This document shows positions 29,941 to 41,621 of a DNA stretch of 64,000 bases, piece after piece. This DNA comes from an uncultured Candidatus Saccharibacteria bacterium (GTDB taxonomy: Bacteria; Patescibacteriota; Minisyncoccia; Phycocordibacterales; Phycocordibacteraceae). Position 1 is the stretch's first letter; every line of letters starts with the position of its first letter. The notes below the pieces were generated by a model. That model saw nothing but the letters and a program-made list of their open reading frames with translations, had not been told where the DNA came from and did not search any database. The stretch spans positions 36,782 to 100,781 of the forward strand of contig CAYXYP010000001.1 in the NCBI GenBank assembly GCA_964469405.1. Reading direction: 5' to 3'. A program made the position numbers and the translations under genes.

Positions 29941-30587
29941 GGTGTAGGAGTGGTCGGCGAGCTCCCTTGCGGAGCAGGTTCAGGAACTACCGGTGAAAAT
30001 ACGATGACTTTTGGATCGAGTGTGGCAGTAAGCGAAAAAGAAACCGAGCTGTCCTTTGAGTTCACGATGATGTTCGAGAAGACGGCATCTTTGATATGAC
30101 CGTCAGTGGCAAATGCCGAGGATGCAGCTGCGAGCGCGTTGAAACTCTTGGCAAAACCTGTACCCTCAATTTTCGCACCTTTTGCATCAGTCAACACAAG
30201 ATTCAGTGATATAAAACGGACCGTAGAAGGCATTACCGTCTCAAGTAGGGCAAAGAATCCTGAGAACGCAGAGTGGCCCGCGAGGAGCGATGCTCCAGTT
30301 TCAAGTCGGTTGCGAAGTCGGATGAAACTCTCAACCAGAGTTACATCTATCGCTGATTTTGCCTTCGCCAACTCAGCATCTTTGACTGACTTAGTACTAG
30401 AAAGAATCTGATTGTAGGAAAAAACTCCGACCGCAAGCGCAAAAATAACTCCAAGAACGATGTATGCGAAAATACCGAACGTGTTGCTTAAATCTTTATT
30501 GAATCGATGCGTGGTCGCACCAGCAGAGTGCGGGACAAATGAAGTTGGTATCGTGGAAGGAAGCATTTCGTTATTAGTATACGACAC
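29937..30587 (-). CDS. PilN-like protein
   Basis: TM plus coiled coil; position between pilM and pilO. Confidence 0.7.
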   Translation of the reverse strand: MSYTNNEMLPSTIPTSFVPHSAGATTHRFNKDLSNTFGIFAYIVLGVIFALAVGVFSYNQILSSTKSVKDAELAKAKSAIDVTLVESFIRLRNRLETGASLLAGHSAFSGFFALLETVMPSTVRFISLNLVLTDAKGAKIEGTGFAKSFNALAAASSAFATDGHIKDAVFSNIIVNSKDSSVSFSLTATLDPKVIVFSPVVPEPAPQGSSPTTPTP

Positions 30588-30727
30588 TTACGCAAGCTGC
30601 ACATAGCACATCTGTGCAAAACTTCTTACACCATACTTTGAGACGGCATTCTTGCACGCATTGTAAACGACACACTTCACTAAAATCAATCCGGGTTCTT
30701 TGTTCGTTTGCTGTGGGAATTCCGAAA

Positions 30728-31816
30728 TTAAACTTCGTCAAGTTTTCGCATTGCAAGACCCACCGCAACCGCAAATTCGGGACCAATACTTTCAAGAACT
30801 GGGCGCATAAAGGCTGGAGCCTCGGTCTTCGCAAAAGGATCCGCGACATGCACGTCAATTGAGAAGACACCTTTTGCATACTCACCAAGCTCTTTAGTAA
30901 CACCACCACCGCCTGTGAGCACGATAGAAGTAATTGATTTCTGATGCTCCGTCTCATACTGCATGAGCACGCGTCGTGCCTCCGCAAAAATACGTGAGAA
31001 GACGAGCTCGAGTGGTCCGCCATTTACAAAACCTTCTTTTTTCTTCAGAGCCTCCGCGGCAGCGATAGAGACGTTACCTGAAATCGAAATGGCACGTGTA
31101 ATATCCTGACTCCCGGTATTTATGGCGTGCGAAAGCGCCACGACTCCATGCTCGATGACATACGTCTTCGTCGAAGCAGCGCCGATATCGAGCACCATAA
31201 CCGGTTTTATTGAATTCTCAACCACCGCACGAATGGTGCTGAAAATCTCAATCTCATAAAAGCTCGCCGAGAGTCCTGCATCGCGCACCACGTTTTGCAG
31301 CAACGAAAGTTCATCATTATGGACCGCAACAAGGAGCACTTCAACCTTTTTACCCCGCTGATCAGCACTTGAAGGATTCTCTTTCGCAGGAGACTTGGGA
31401 TTCTCTTTGGGTACGATGAACCAATCAAGTTGTACTTCGCTCGCAGCCACCGGGATATACTTACGCGCCTCAAGCTGAATAACCGTCTCTTGTTCTTTCG
31501 GATCGGCACGGTACGGCAACTCGACGAGGGTAAGTAAAGAGCGAGAGAATGGTATCGATACGCCACAATTAGTGGCCGTCACTTTCGATTCGCGCAACAA
31601 ATCATTCAGAGATTCGGTAATCTGTTCCGCGGAAAGATTCGTAGCTTGACCAACCTCCCCTCCACTATACGGACCGAGCGCAAGCTCTCCATACGTTTCA
31701 AGCACCGCCCGTCCGTGCTCCTTGCGCAACTGGACAACCTTGAGCGACGAAGAGCCGATGTCAATGCCAAGAACACTCTTGTCCTCTTTCGCAAAAAAAC
31801 TACTAAGAAACGACAT
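30728..31816 (-). CDS. pilM: Type IV pilus assembly protein PilM
   Basis: LGIDIGSSSLK, EARKYIP, LDIGA, LTGGG, AVAVGLA. Confidence 0.93.
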   Translation of the reverse strand: MSFLSSFFAKEDKSVLGIDIGSSSLKVVQLRKEHGRAVLETYGELALGPYSGGEVGQATNLSAEQITESLNDLLRESKVTATNCGVSIPFSRSLLTLVELPYRADPKEQETVIQLEARKYIPVAASEVQLDWFIVPKENPKSPAKENPSSADQRGKKVEVLLVAVHNDELSLLQNVVRDAGLSASFYEIEIFSTIRAVVENSIKPVMVLDIGAASTKTYVIEHGVVALSHAINTGSQDITRAISISGNVSIAAAEALKKKEGFVNGGPLELVFSRIFAEARRVLMQYETEHQKSITSIVLTGGGGVTKELGEYAKGVFSIDVHVADPFAKTEAPAFMRPVLESIGPEFAVAVGLAMRKLDEV

Positions 31817-31830
31817 GGGATAATACTACC

Positions 31831-32448
31831 ATGTGGTCGATGCAATACTGGTTTGATTTCCTCTTCCCTCCCCGGAAGGACGAGGTCGCGTTACGGGATA
31901 TCCCCATCTCCACATTTCTCGCCCTTATGTCCCCGACGCTGATACCCGCCACGAAGCCTGAGACGATGACTCTACTTCCATTCCACAACACTTCAGTACG
32001 CTCGGTTATTCACGAGGCGAAGTACCACGGCAGTGAGCGCGCTTTTGAATTTCTCGCCGCCACGCTTACCAAATACTTGCGTGATGCCAATGAAGGATTC
32101 CGTAACCCCATTATCGTGCCGATGCCGCTTGGCAACAAGCGAAGCAAGAAACGTGGCTTTAATCAGGTTGTGGAAATTGTTAAACGCGCCGTAATAGATC
32201 TTGATATCAGTATAGATGAGACCATTCTCAAACGGACGCGCGAAACAGTCTCTCAAGTCTCACTCCCCCGTCATAAGCGCGAAGAAAATATGCGTGGAGC
32301 ATTTATAACAACACACCCCGCCGACCCTTCTCGCACATATATAGTCATAGACGACGTCATCACCACTGGGGCGACGCTCCAAGCCGCTATTGATGCGCTA
32401 CAGAAAGCAGGTGCCAAACGCATCCGGTCGCTCGCTCTCGCTCATTAA
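31831..32448 (+). CDS. comF: ComF family phosphoribosyltransferase-like competence protein
   Basis: RGFNQ, R-EN-RGAF, IDDVITTGAT. Confidence 0.9.
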   Translation: MWSMQYWFDFLFPPRKDEVALRDIPISTFLALMSPTLIPATKPETMTLLPFHNTSVRSVIHEAKYHGSERAFEFLAATLTKYLRDANEGFRNPIIVPMPLGNKRSKKRGFNQVVEIVKRAVIDLDISIDETILKRTRETVSQVSLPRHKREENMRGAFITTHPADPSRTYIVIDDVITTGATLQAAIDALQKAGAKRIRSLALAH

Positions 32449-32470
32449 ATTTGGTACTGTGGCGCAATAC

Positions 32471-32559
32471 GGAGGGGTCGCATAGAGGCCTAGTGCGGCG
32501 GGTTGCTAACTCGCTATACGAGTAAAATCGTATCGAGGGTTCGAATCCCTCCCCCTCCG
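32471..32559 (+). tRNA. tRNA-Ser(GCT), long variable arm, no encoded CCA
   Basis: GGAGGGG/CCCCTCC acceptor, GCGGG-TTGCTAA-CTCGC anticodon arm, GGTTCGAATCC. Confidence 0.95.
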
Positions 32560-32579
32560 CAGCGAGCATAGTGAGCCAA

Positions 32580-32671
32580 GGAGGGGGAGGGATTCGAACC
32601 GCGGGCCGCAGGTCTCGAAGAGAGACCGTAGGTTTCGAGCACAGCAGTGCGAGAGGCGAATCCCTCCCCCC
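32580..32671 (+). repeat. tRNA-flank structured repeat, copy 2
   Basis: 32580-32600 is the exact reverse complement of tRNA 32538-32558; conserved core; direct copy CGAATCCCTCCCCC at 32657. Confidence 0.75.
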
Positions 32672-32866
32672 GATCTTTGTTGATTCGTAATTATTTTTTA
32701 ATGTGTTATAATATAAAAAAGACGTCCCCAGATATGTTACGTTCATCTGCAGTGTGTAACATTTCCGCCCCCCGTACGGCGTACTTCTAGAGCTCATACC
32801 TTGGCTAAAATGGCCAGAATCATGTTAATGCCGCGACGAATTAATAAATAAATTATAAAAAACGTT

Positions 32867-33424
32867 ATGAACGTTAATGCTGTATTGGTTTCTGGGCTTA
32901 TAGGTGCACTTATGCTGATTTTATTGGCTCCTTCGGAAATCGTGTTTGCAAGAGGCGGCACTGGAGGAGGTGGCAGTATTGCGCCCACGATCCTGCAAGT
33001 AGCCGGGACATGGCGTGGCGTAGCTAACTACAACCCTGCGACTAGTGCCCTGCGTTCTGGTGCACCATTTTATCGAGAAGTTGAGCTCACTCTGACGCAG
33101 AGCGGAAAGAATCTAACGGGTCTATTGACACTCCAGTTCTTCCACCCGTTTGAAGGCTGGGATTATATATTTCACGGCACACCAATTCTCGGTACCGCAT
33201 CAAATAATTCGATGAAAATAGACGTTGATCGCTCCCTCTACAGCATGAAACACGATTACCAGATGAGCGAAACTGGCACAACTATCTGCCCTGACGGAAG
33301 CACGGGACGCGTTCTAAGCGGAACCTTCAGTGATTTTGACATTAACGGCACTGGTTCCGGAACCGTCTCACTCAATAATTGTCCTGCGACAACTCCCTTA
33401 CTCAATAAAATGACGGTTCTCTAA
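32867..33424 (+). CDS. Hypothetical exported protein
   Basis: Signal-peptide-like N-terminus, Gly linker, beta-rich domain; terminator at ~33440-33487. Confidence 0.65.
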   Translation: MNVNAVLVSGLIGALMLILLAPSEIVFARGGTGGGGSIAPTILQVAGTWRGVANYNPATSALRSGAPFYREVELTLTQSGKNLTGLLTLQFFHPFEGWDYIFHGTPILGTASNNSMKIDVDRSLYSMKHDYQMSETGTTICPDGSTGRVLSGTFSDFDINGTGSGTVSLNNCPATTPLLNKMTVL

Positions 33425-33601
33425 AACATTTTCCTTTAAAAGAAAAAGAAACGCCATTCATTCGAATGAATGGCGTTTCTTTTTCTATACCGTTTTGACA
33501 CCGATGCATAATAATGCTATTGTCAAAATAGATAGTTCTGAGCCATTGTGGCCCAGGGAATGCAGCCCTTTTATATGTAACCTCGGGAGAGGAGGCGTCA
33601 T

Positions 33602-33922
33602 ATGAGTGATGTTATTTCTTTGCCTGGAAGAAGCGAGATGCTTCGCCAGCTATGCACAGTAAACAACAACGAGTGGCACCGGATGTTCCTCTATCCGACG
33701 ATTCTCAGAGCATCCGGGCAACAAAAGGGGCCTCATGGAATAGTTGGTCTCATTATCGACGCCATCGATGTATGCACGGTGGGTATGCCCTTCACAATGG
33801 TGAAATCCATTCGCAAACAGGTCCCCTCCTTCATCGACGCCATTGTCATCTCCCATAACGTCAGGGAGCGGGCAAAAATCCTCTTCGAGCGGGAGCACGG
33901 GGACAGATTTAATCTTCTATAG
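33602..33922 (+). CDS. Hypothetical protein
   Basis: TTGACA..TGCTATTGT promoter upstream, GGAGG RBS, downstream hairpin. Confidence 0.6.
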   Translation: MSDVISLPGRSEMLRQLCTVNNNEWHRMFLYPTILRASGQQKGPHGIVGLIIDAIDVCTVGMPFTMVKSIRKQVPSFIDAIVISHNVRERAKILFEREHGDRFNLL

Positions 33923-33997
33923 ACAAAAGTAGGAAGAGCGCACGTACCTCCCTGGTACGGCGCTCTTTTCTTTATTCTTCCAAAAAAAAGAAAGAGT

Positions 33998-34513
33998 GTG
34001 TGCTTAAATGCCTGTATGAATGGGAAAAATATTGTGGTGAGTCTATTGATTTTAATTTCCGTCCTTGCTGGACTAACATGGTATGCAGTATCGATACAGA
34101 GCACGCCGACAGGGCCCTCACTAGAATATAAGAACAATCACTATGGCTTTCGCTTTGTATTGCCCATAACCTGGGAACGATACACGGTCACAACCGCTAC
34201 ATGGAAAGGATACGCGGTTGATTCTGAAGGTGAAGTTCCCGCCGAAGAGGGTCCGATAATTTCTATCCGGCATCCGCTTTGGGCCGTGGATGTGCCCCGG
34301 CAAGATATACCAATTATGGTTTTTACGAAGGCACAGTGGGACTCGTTGCAACAAGGTAAATTTCACATCGGTGCAGCGCCTATTGGGCCGCGTGAACTTG
34401 GGCGAAATAATCTCTATGTATTCGCCCTTCCCGCTCGATACAACTTTGCATTCCCGGTTGGGTATGAAGAGGTGGATATAATTCTAGAAAGCAATCCTTT
34501 ACGTACGTTCTGA
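33998..34513 (+). CDS. Hypothetical membrane-anchored/exported protein (start may be 34016)
   Basis: N-terminal TM, Y-x-N-xx-YGF-F-LP-xx-W motif. Confidence 0.65.
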   Translation: MCLNACMNGKNIVVSLLILISVLAGLTWYAVSIQSTPTGPSLEYKNNHYGFRFVLPITWERYTVTTATWKGYAVDSEGEVPAEEGPIISIRHPLWAVDVPRQDIPIMVFTKAQWDSLQQGKFHIGAAPIGPRELGRNNLYVFALPARYNFAFPVGYEEVDIILESNPLRTF

Positions 34514-34636
34514 GAACTAACGATGCACAGCGTCATCAGTTCTTGTTTTGACAGCGAGAGCTCGCGCAGAAAAGAAAACTCGGCGCATATGCACCGAGTT
34601 TTCTTTTCTGCATGAATTCAGATTTACCAGATTCAC

Positions 34637-34720
34637 TACCAAGCGAGTGAGAGAAAAGGGAGATTCTGATTTCTCTTTTCCGAACGAGCGAAGGGACCAA
34701 GCTCGGCTTTGCGAGCTTAC
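34637..34720 (+). repeat. Intergenic copy of the 84-bp palindromic unit
   Basis: TTCAC|TACCAAGCGAGTGAG-hairpin-CGAACGAGCG...CTTAC, same 84-bp spacing. Confidence 0.75.
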
Positions 34721-34956
34721 ATTCCCGCCCCTGCATTCTCGCAGTGACGACAATCATACTTGTGTGTAATTACGAGATGCACTGCTGAGAGCCCAACGAG
34801 AACATAGACGAGACTTTCGACCGATGACCATGAACCGAGAAGCATATGTACGACATTCCAGTCAGCACCACCCATAAAGCCTGCGAGACCAACGAGACCC
34901 CAGTTCACGCCGCCGACAATCACGAGGACAAACTCTACCATGTGCATTGCTTTCAT
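34717..34956 (-). CDS. DUF378 family small membrane protein
   Basis: LVIVGGVNWGLVG...VYVLVGLSA. Confidence 0.85.
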   Translation of the reverse strand: MKAMHMVEFVLVIVGGVNWGLVGLAGFMGGADWNVVHMLLGSWSSVESLVYVLVGLSAVHLVITHKYDCRHCENAGAGM

Positions 34957-35067
34957 ACGGATGAATAAAAATGATTAAAGCGGGACTAGTGGTGTCCGCT
35001 CCCTACAGTATGACTCTTTCTTGGATAGTTTGGGGTCGTCTAGTAACCACCTGTGTAGAACCCGGGA

Positions 35068-35739
35068 TTAGCGAGGACCGGAAACAATCTTTCCATCATC
35101 GAGTCTAACGATGCGCTCGGCAAACCGTGAAAATTCTTCTTCGTGCGTCACCATAATAATGGTCTGACCTCCCTTATGTAGTTCCTTGAAAATACCCATC
35201 ACAGTCGCGGAAGATTCTTTATCAAGATTCGCAGTCGGCTCATCGGCAAATAAAACGTCCGGTGTGTGTGCGATAGCGCGCGAAATCGAGACGCGCTGTT
35301 GCTCACCGCCCGAAAGCTGACTCGGGAGATTATCGAGACGCTTCCCGAGACCGACTCGCTCGAGTGCTACGGTCGCTTTTGCGTCTGCAGCAGCACGTGA
35401 TGCCCCCTGCATATAAAGTGGCAGTGCGACGTTCTCAAGTGCCGTGAGCTCCGGTAGGAGCGCATAATCCTGGAAAACGTAGCCGAATTCAGCAAGACGG
35501 AACAACATCTTATCGCGCTCGCTCATCACACGAGTATCCTTACCATTGATACGTATCTCACCGGATGTCGGCTCATCCAAGAGCGATATCTGATACAGAA
35601 GAGTGCTCTTCCCCGCTCCTGAACGACCCATGATCGCAATGAATTCTCCGGTATTCGCGGTAAAATCGATGCCCTTTAATACCCGAGTTTCAATCGGACC
35701 GTCTTTGAACGACTTGACCAAATTTTTAACTTCAATCAT
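35068..35739 (-). CDS. ABC transporter ATP-binding protein (LolD/MacB-like)
   Basis: GRSGAGKST, LSGGEQQR, ADEPTANLD. Confidence 0.92.
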   Translation of the reverse strand: MIEVKNLVKSFKDGPIETRVLKGIDFTANTGEFIAIMGRSGAGKSTLLYQISLLDEPTSGEIRINGKDTRVMSERDKMLFRLAEFGYVFQDYALLPELTALENVALPLYMQGASRAAADAKATVALERVGLGKRLDNLPSQLSGGEQQRVSISRAIAHTPDVLFADEPTANLDKESSATVMGIFKELHKGGQTIIMVTHEEEFSRFAERIVRLDDGKIVSGPR

Positions 35740-35742
35740 ATA

Positions 35743-36999
35743 TTAATTGCGGCCGAGAATGGAATCGAGGGTATTCCTACGCACGATCATGCGCGATGGC
35801 AAATACCCCGCGATGACGGTCGTGAGAACGAGAAGCCCAATACGTATAGCCGTACCATCAACAGGCGCGACGAGAATGCCGTCGCTAAATGGAAAATCAA
35901 TGGGGTGCGCCGCGACCGCAGGTACGAGAATTCCGTACAAAACGAGAAGTCCTATTCCGGAACCAATGCTGGCATAAAAGAGTGACTGAAAGACGTACGA
36001 GATTTCTATAGCCTGACCTGAAATACCGATACCCTTTAAAATACCGATGAATTTCCGTCGCGTAATGGCATTAATGAAAATGACTATGAAGATAGTGATC
36101 GCTGCGACGACAAGCCCGATGGAACTGAAGCCATTCCCAAGCATCGCGAAAGTCGTCTTTATATCAGCGACGCCATTCGGAATCGAGTCGGTAAACGTCT
36201 GTACTTTTGCTTTCTCTCCAATGCCACTCCGCAGAAGAAGATTTTTGAAATCATCCGGATCGCTCCCTGGGATAAGACGTATGGCTATCTGCGCGACGTT
36301 TTGATCGGTGCGACCCATGAGCGTGCGCAGTTCCGTCGCTGGTATGAAAATACTCGTCGCAAGCAAAGCGATCTTACTTTTCACCACACCCTTCACGATA
36401 ACTTCGCGCGTGGAACCGTTTATCGTAAGACGAACTTTGGTACCTGGAGCAACATCCGTGAGCGGAGTGAGGCCAGGCTGCTCTCCAAACGCATACTTCG
36501 CGAGTAAATAGTTGCCGACAAGAATCTGATCATAGTCCCCTTTGGAGAGATACGCTCCATCGATAAGATGGCTGGAGAGTGCCGTAAAAGCATCCTCAGC
36601 AACCGGATCAATGCCGATGACTTGCGCGCCAGTAGCGTTTGGTTTCTCCGTATCCGAAGTGCGCGTAAGATAATTCGCCTCTATAGTGCCGCCCGATTGA
36701 TAACGTTCAGTCAACAGAGACACTTGTGGCAATGTCTTTATGAATGCGATGACGCTCGGTGTATCCTCGATGTAATTCTTCGTCGTAAGCGCCGATAGGA
36801 TGACATCCCCCGTGTACTGAGTACGATAGCTTTCGTTGATACCCTCGATAAGTCCCACGAGAATACCAGTCACCACGACAAGATTGAGAAAAGTGAGGAG
36901 CATCACAAAGACAATAAGCCCCGTGGTCCACAAGCTCGCACGGCGAAGTTGCCGTACGGCGAGATAGAAACCGACACGAATATTAAGAAGTGAGAACAT
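35743..36999 (-). CDS. FtsX/MacB-like ABC permease
   Basis: TM, large extracytoplasmic loop, IGILKGIG, C-terminal TMs. Confidence 0.85.
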   Translation of the reverse strand: MFSLLNIRVGFYLAVRQLRRASLWTTGLIVFVMLLTFLNLVVVTGILVGLIEGINESYRTQYTGDVILSALTTKNYIEDTPSVIAFIKTLPQVSLLTERYQSGGTIEANYLTRTSDTEKPNATGAQVIGIDPVAEDAFTALSSHLIDGAYLSKGDYDQILVGNYLLAKYAFGEQPGLTPLTDVAPGTKVRLTINGSTREVIVKGVVKSKIALLATSIFIPATELRTLMGRTDQNVAQIAIRLIPGSDPDDFKNLLLRSGIGEKAKVQTFTDSIPNGVADIKTTFAMLGNGFSSIGLVVAAITIFIVIFINAITRRKFIGILKGIGISGQAIEISYVFQSLFYASIGSGIGLLVLYGILVPAVAAHPIDFPFSDGILVAPVDGTAIRIGLLVLTTVIAGYLPSRMIVRRNTLDSILGRN

Positions 37000-37004
37000 G
37001 CTGC

Positions 37005-38516
37005 TTAGAGCACGGGAGTCAACAGAATAACATCTCCCGCAGACAGACCTGAGAGAATTTGTGTCTGCCCAAGCGCAGGAGAGGGACCGATAGTGACCGC
37101 CCGCGAAACAACTGCATTATTTTTAACAACAGACACATAGGACGCACCTTTTTTCGTGCCGACCGAACCTGTAGGGATGACGATGGCACCCCGTAGAACA
37201 CCGCTCACAATGGTCACATTCGCCGTCATACCACTCCTGATTGATGGATCCTCTTTAAGAAATCTGAGTGTCGTTTTGTACGTAGGCACACCGTCTTTCA
37301 TAGTTTCTGCCGGATCTACGGCAACGACCGCTGCAGGAAATGCTATCGAAGACCCATATGCATCAAGCGTTGTTGTCGCCGAATTCCCCGGGGCAATACG
37401 CGAGATTGCTACTTCGGGAATGTACGTTTCAATCTCAAATATGCCATTACTTTGCATAGAGATTTCGGACATGGTCGGTGACACTATCTCGCCAACTTTT
37501 GCATCCATACGTGTCACTGTGCCGGAAAACGGCGCGACAACACGCGTTGCCGCAAGCTTCGCTTGCGCAGAGCGAATATCGGCCGCAGCAGCAGCTACTG
37601 CTGCTTCTTGAGCAGCAACCGCTTCGCCCGTCGAGCCGGCCTGCTTGAGTACGAGTGTGCTTTCTGCTGCGCTGCGAGCTGTCATGCTCGTCGTAAGCGC
37701 GGTAGCAGCAGTATTTACATTGGTACGGGCAATAGCGAGTGTCGTTGCATAAGACGAAATAGTTGCAGCAGTAGAGGTCTGATTCGGAACGCCCTGATTA
37801 AGTGCGGTATTTGCATCAGCGAGAAGTGTTGCGACTTGAACAAGATACACTTGCGCCTGTTTTGCCGAATCAACGGCATTTGCATTTGAAAGTTTTGAAA
37901 CAAGAAGCGCCCAACTTGCGAGTGCGGACTCGGTAGCTATACGATCATTTTCCACTAGTCTCTCCAGATTCAAGTTTGCAACAATGAATGTAAGTTTTGG
38001 ATTGGTACGAGGGTCTGTAAAAAAAGAATCGGCACGATTGTGAACAGCGTCATCGCAGACAGTATAGGCATTTTGTATGGCATTTACGAGTGCTGAATCG
38101 GCACTCGCTACTGAAATGGAGGCGACTGCAATTTCCTCAGGTCGCGTTCCCGCTTGAAGCGATGCGAGATTTGCCAGTGATTGTGCCTGCGCGGCCTGCT
38201 TCTGAGCCACTACTGCAATAAGGTCACCATTTTCCGTCTCCGCAAGAATCGTGCCCTCCTCGACTCGTTGGCCCACCTTCGCGTAGGTGCCAACTATACG
38301 CCCACTTGTGGCAAACCCTAAATCAACATTCTCTGCAGAGATAACCGTACCAGACACACTTATCTGCTCGCTAAAATCACTTGGGGAAATAGTGAGCGTC
38401 GCTCCGAGACTTGTTCCACCTCCAAGGTAGAAATAGCCGCCAATGATAAGAATAACTACCGCCGCAAGTGCATAGCGCCATTGTGCAAATTCGAGACTTT
38501 TAATGAAAGCAGGTAT
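37005..38516 (-). CDS. Efflux periplasmic adaptor (HlyD/MacA-like); probable ATA start at 38516
   Basis: LGFATSGRI, APFSGTV, biotinyl-lipoyl and beta-barrel motifs; open frame with TM anchor extends 53 codons above the GTG at 38357. Confidence 0.8.
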   Translation of the reverse strand: MPAFIKSLEFAQWRYALAAVVILIIGGYFYLGGGTSLGATLTISPSDFSEQISVSGTVISAENVDLGFATSGRIVGTYAKVGQRVEEGTILAETENGDLIAVVAQKQAAQAQSLANLASLQAGTRPEEIAVASISVASADSALVNAIQNAYTVCDDAVHNRADSFFTDPRTNPKLTFIVANLNLERLVENDRIATESALASWALLVSKLSNANAVDSAKQAQVYLVQVATLLADANTALNQGVPNQTSTAATISSYATTLAIARTNVNTAATALTTSMTARSAAESTLVLKQAGSTGEAVAAQEAAVAAAAADIRSAQAKLAATRVVAPFSGTVTRMDAKVGEIVSPTMSEISMQSNGIFEIETYIPEVAISRIAPGNSATTTLDAYGSSIAFPAAVVAVDPAETMKDGVPTYKTTLRFLKEDPSIRSGMTANVTIVSGVLRGAIVIPTGSVGTKKGASYVSVVKNNAVVSRAVTIGPSPALGQTQILSGLSAGDVILLTPVL

Positions 38517-38553
38517 GTTGACGAGTGTACCATTAGGCTATACTAAGCGCACT

Positions 38554-39258
38554 ATGTCGCTTATATCCATCGGTATTCTTATACTCGTCACCATCAGCGT
38601 TGTCTTCCTCGCTCGTCCACGACGATTTTATCTCATTCGCCATGGCGAGACGATTTTGAACTCCCAACATATCCGACAAGGTGAAGAAGGAGCACTTTCG
38701 AAAAAAGGTCAGCACCAAGCAGATATGGTTGGTCACTATCTCGAACGTTTCCACATAAAGAAAATAATCTCGAGTACCTACCCACGCGCGGAGGAAACCG
38801 CGGCGATTATCAATGCTCATATCAAGGTGCCTATCGCGTATTCTTCGCTCTTCGCTGAACGTCGCAACCCGAGCGAGATTATCGGAAAACGTACCGACGA
38901 CCCGGAGGTTATTCGTATCGTCGATAAGATAGATTACGCATACCATAAGGACGAATACCGTTTTTCTGACGAAGAGACTTTCATTGATTTGAAAAAACGC
39001 GCAAAAAAATGCCTCGGCCTACTCATGCGCCACAGAAAGCTCGAGACCGCTATTGTTACGCACCATCTTTTTCTTAAGATGCTCGTCGCCTATATGCTCT
39101 ATCGCGAGCAACTCCATGCTGCAGATTTTGTGAAGCTTGCATTCTTTAACGTCTCAGATAACGCCGGTATCACCGTCTGTGAATTTCATCCGTGGAAACT
39201 GTTCTCAAAAACACGTGGTTGGGAAATCGTGAGCTACAACGAACAACCGGAAGACTAA
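38554..39258 (+). CDS. Histidine phosphatase superfamily protein
   Basis: LIRHGET, SSTYPRA-ET, IVTH. Confidence 0.85.
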   Translation: MSLISIGILILVTISVVFLARPRRFYLIRHGETILNSQHIRQGEEGALSKKGQHQADMVGHYLERFHIKKIISSTYPRAEETAAIINAHIKVPIAYSSLFAERRNPSEIIGKRTDDPEVIRIVDKIDYAYHKDEYRFSDEETFIDLKKRAKKCLGLLMRHRKLETAIVTHHLFLKMLVAYMLYREQLHAADFVKLAFFNVSDNAGITVCEFHPWKLFSKTRGWEIVSYNEQPED

Positions 39259-39320
39259 GGGAATGTAGCGACGCTTTGGAACCACAATACGCGAAACAGG
39301 ATACGCGGTTTTTGAGATAA

Positions 39321-40967
<1,647 letters not shown>

Positions 40968-40987
40968 TTAATGGAAAATGAAAGCGC

Positions 40988-41293
40988 TTAATTCAAGATG
41001 CCGAGAATGCCGGATTCCGAAAGAATGTAATATTCCTGCCCCTCGATCTTTACTTCGTCGTAGCCGTATTTACTGAAGAGCACCACATCCCCAACCTTCA
41101 CCTGCATAGGCACACGATTCCCCTCTTCATACTTTCCTGGACCAACGGCAACTACTTTGCCCTTTGCGGGACGCTCCTTATCAACTGTCTCAGGAATAAT
41201 GATGCCGGAAGCGAGTTTCTTCTCCCCTTCCTTGTCCGAAGGCCTCACAACTATACGATCGCCCAGCGGTGTGATTTCAAATTTCTTTGCCAT
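40988..41293 (-). CDS. groS: Co-chaperonin GroES
   Basis: PLGDRIVV, SGIIIP, VGPG, FSKYG. Confidence 0.97.
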   Translation of the reverse strand: MAKKFEITPLGDRIVVRPSDKEGEKKLASGIIIPETVDKERPAKGKVVAVGPGKYEEGNRVPMQVKVGDVVLFSKYGYDEVKIEGQEYYILSESGILGILN

Positions 41294-41378
41294 AGCGTTC
41301 TATAATATAAAGGAATAATCTTGTCCGTATTGAACGTGTATACCGAGTATAAAGAAGACTTTGCTTTCCTGCAAAGGA

Positions 41379-41407
41379 CTTGACAAAAAGTAACATTTTG
41401 CTATTCT
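41379..41407 (+). promoter_or_regulatory. Sigma70 promoter (TTGACA ... TGCTATTCT)
   Basis: Consensus -35 and extended -10 upstream of the small ORF at 41463. Confidence 0.6.
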
Positions 41408-41462
41408 GGAGCCCAGAGATATTTATTTTTGCGCCTAACCTATTAGTTAGTAGGAGGTATCT

Positions 41463-41621
41463 ATGTTGTCGGCATGGGTCGTTCCACTAGAGCTTGGTGT
41501 AGCGATAGTACTAATCTGTATAATCGCATTCGCGTTGACCAAGTGGGCAATCCGAAAAATGCGCGCAGAGAAACCGCGTCGGAAAAGACGGCACATAGCC
41601 GAGATATTCAGCAGCGAATGA
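41463..41621 (+). CDS. 52-aa single-TM basic-tailed small protein (not in ORF track)
   Basis: GGAGGT RBS; MLSAWVVPLELGVAIVLICIIAFALTKWAIRKMRAEKPRRKRRHIAEIFSSE; GC hairpin plus T-run after the stop. Confidence 0.65.
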   Translation: MLSAWVVPLELGVAIVLICIIAFALTKWAIRKMRAEKPRRKRRHIAEIFSSE

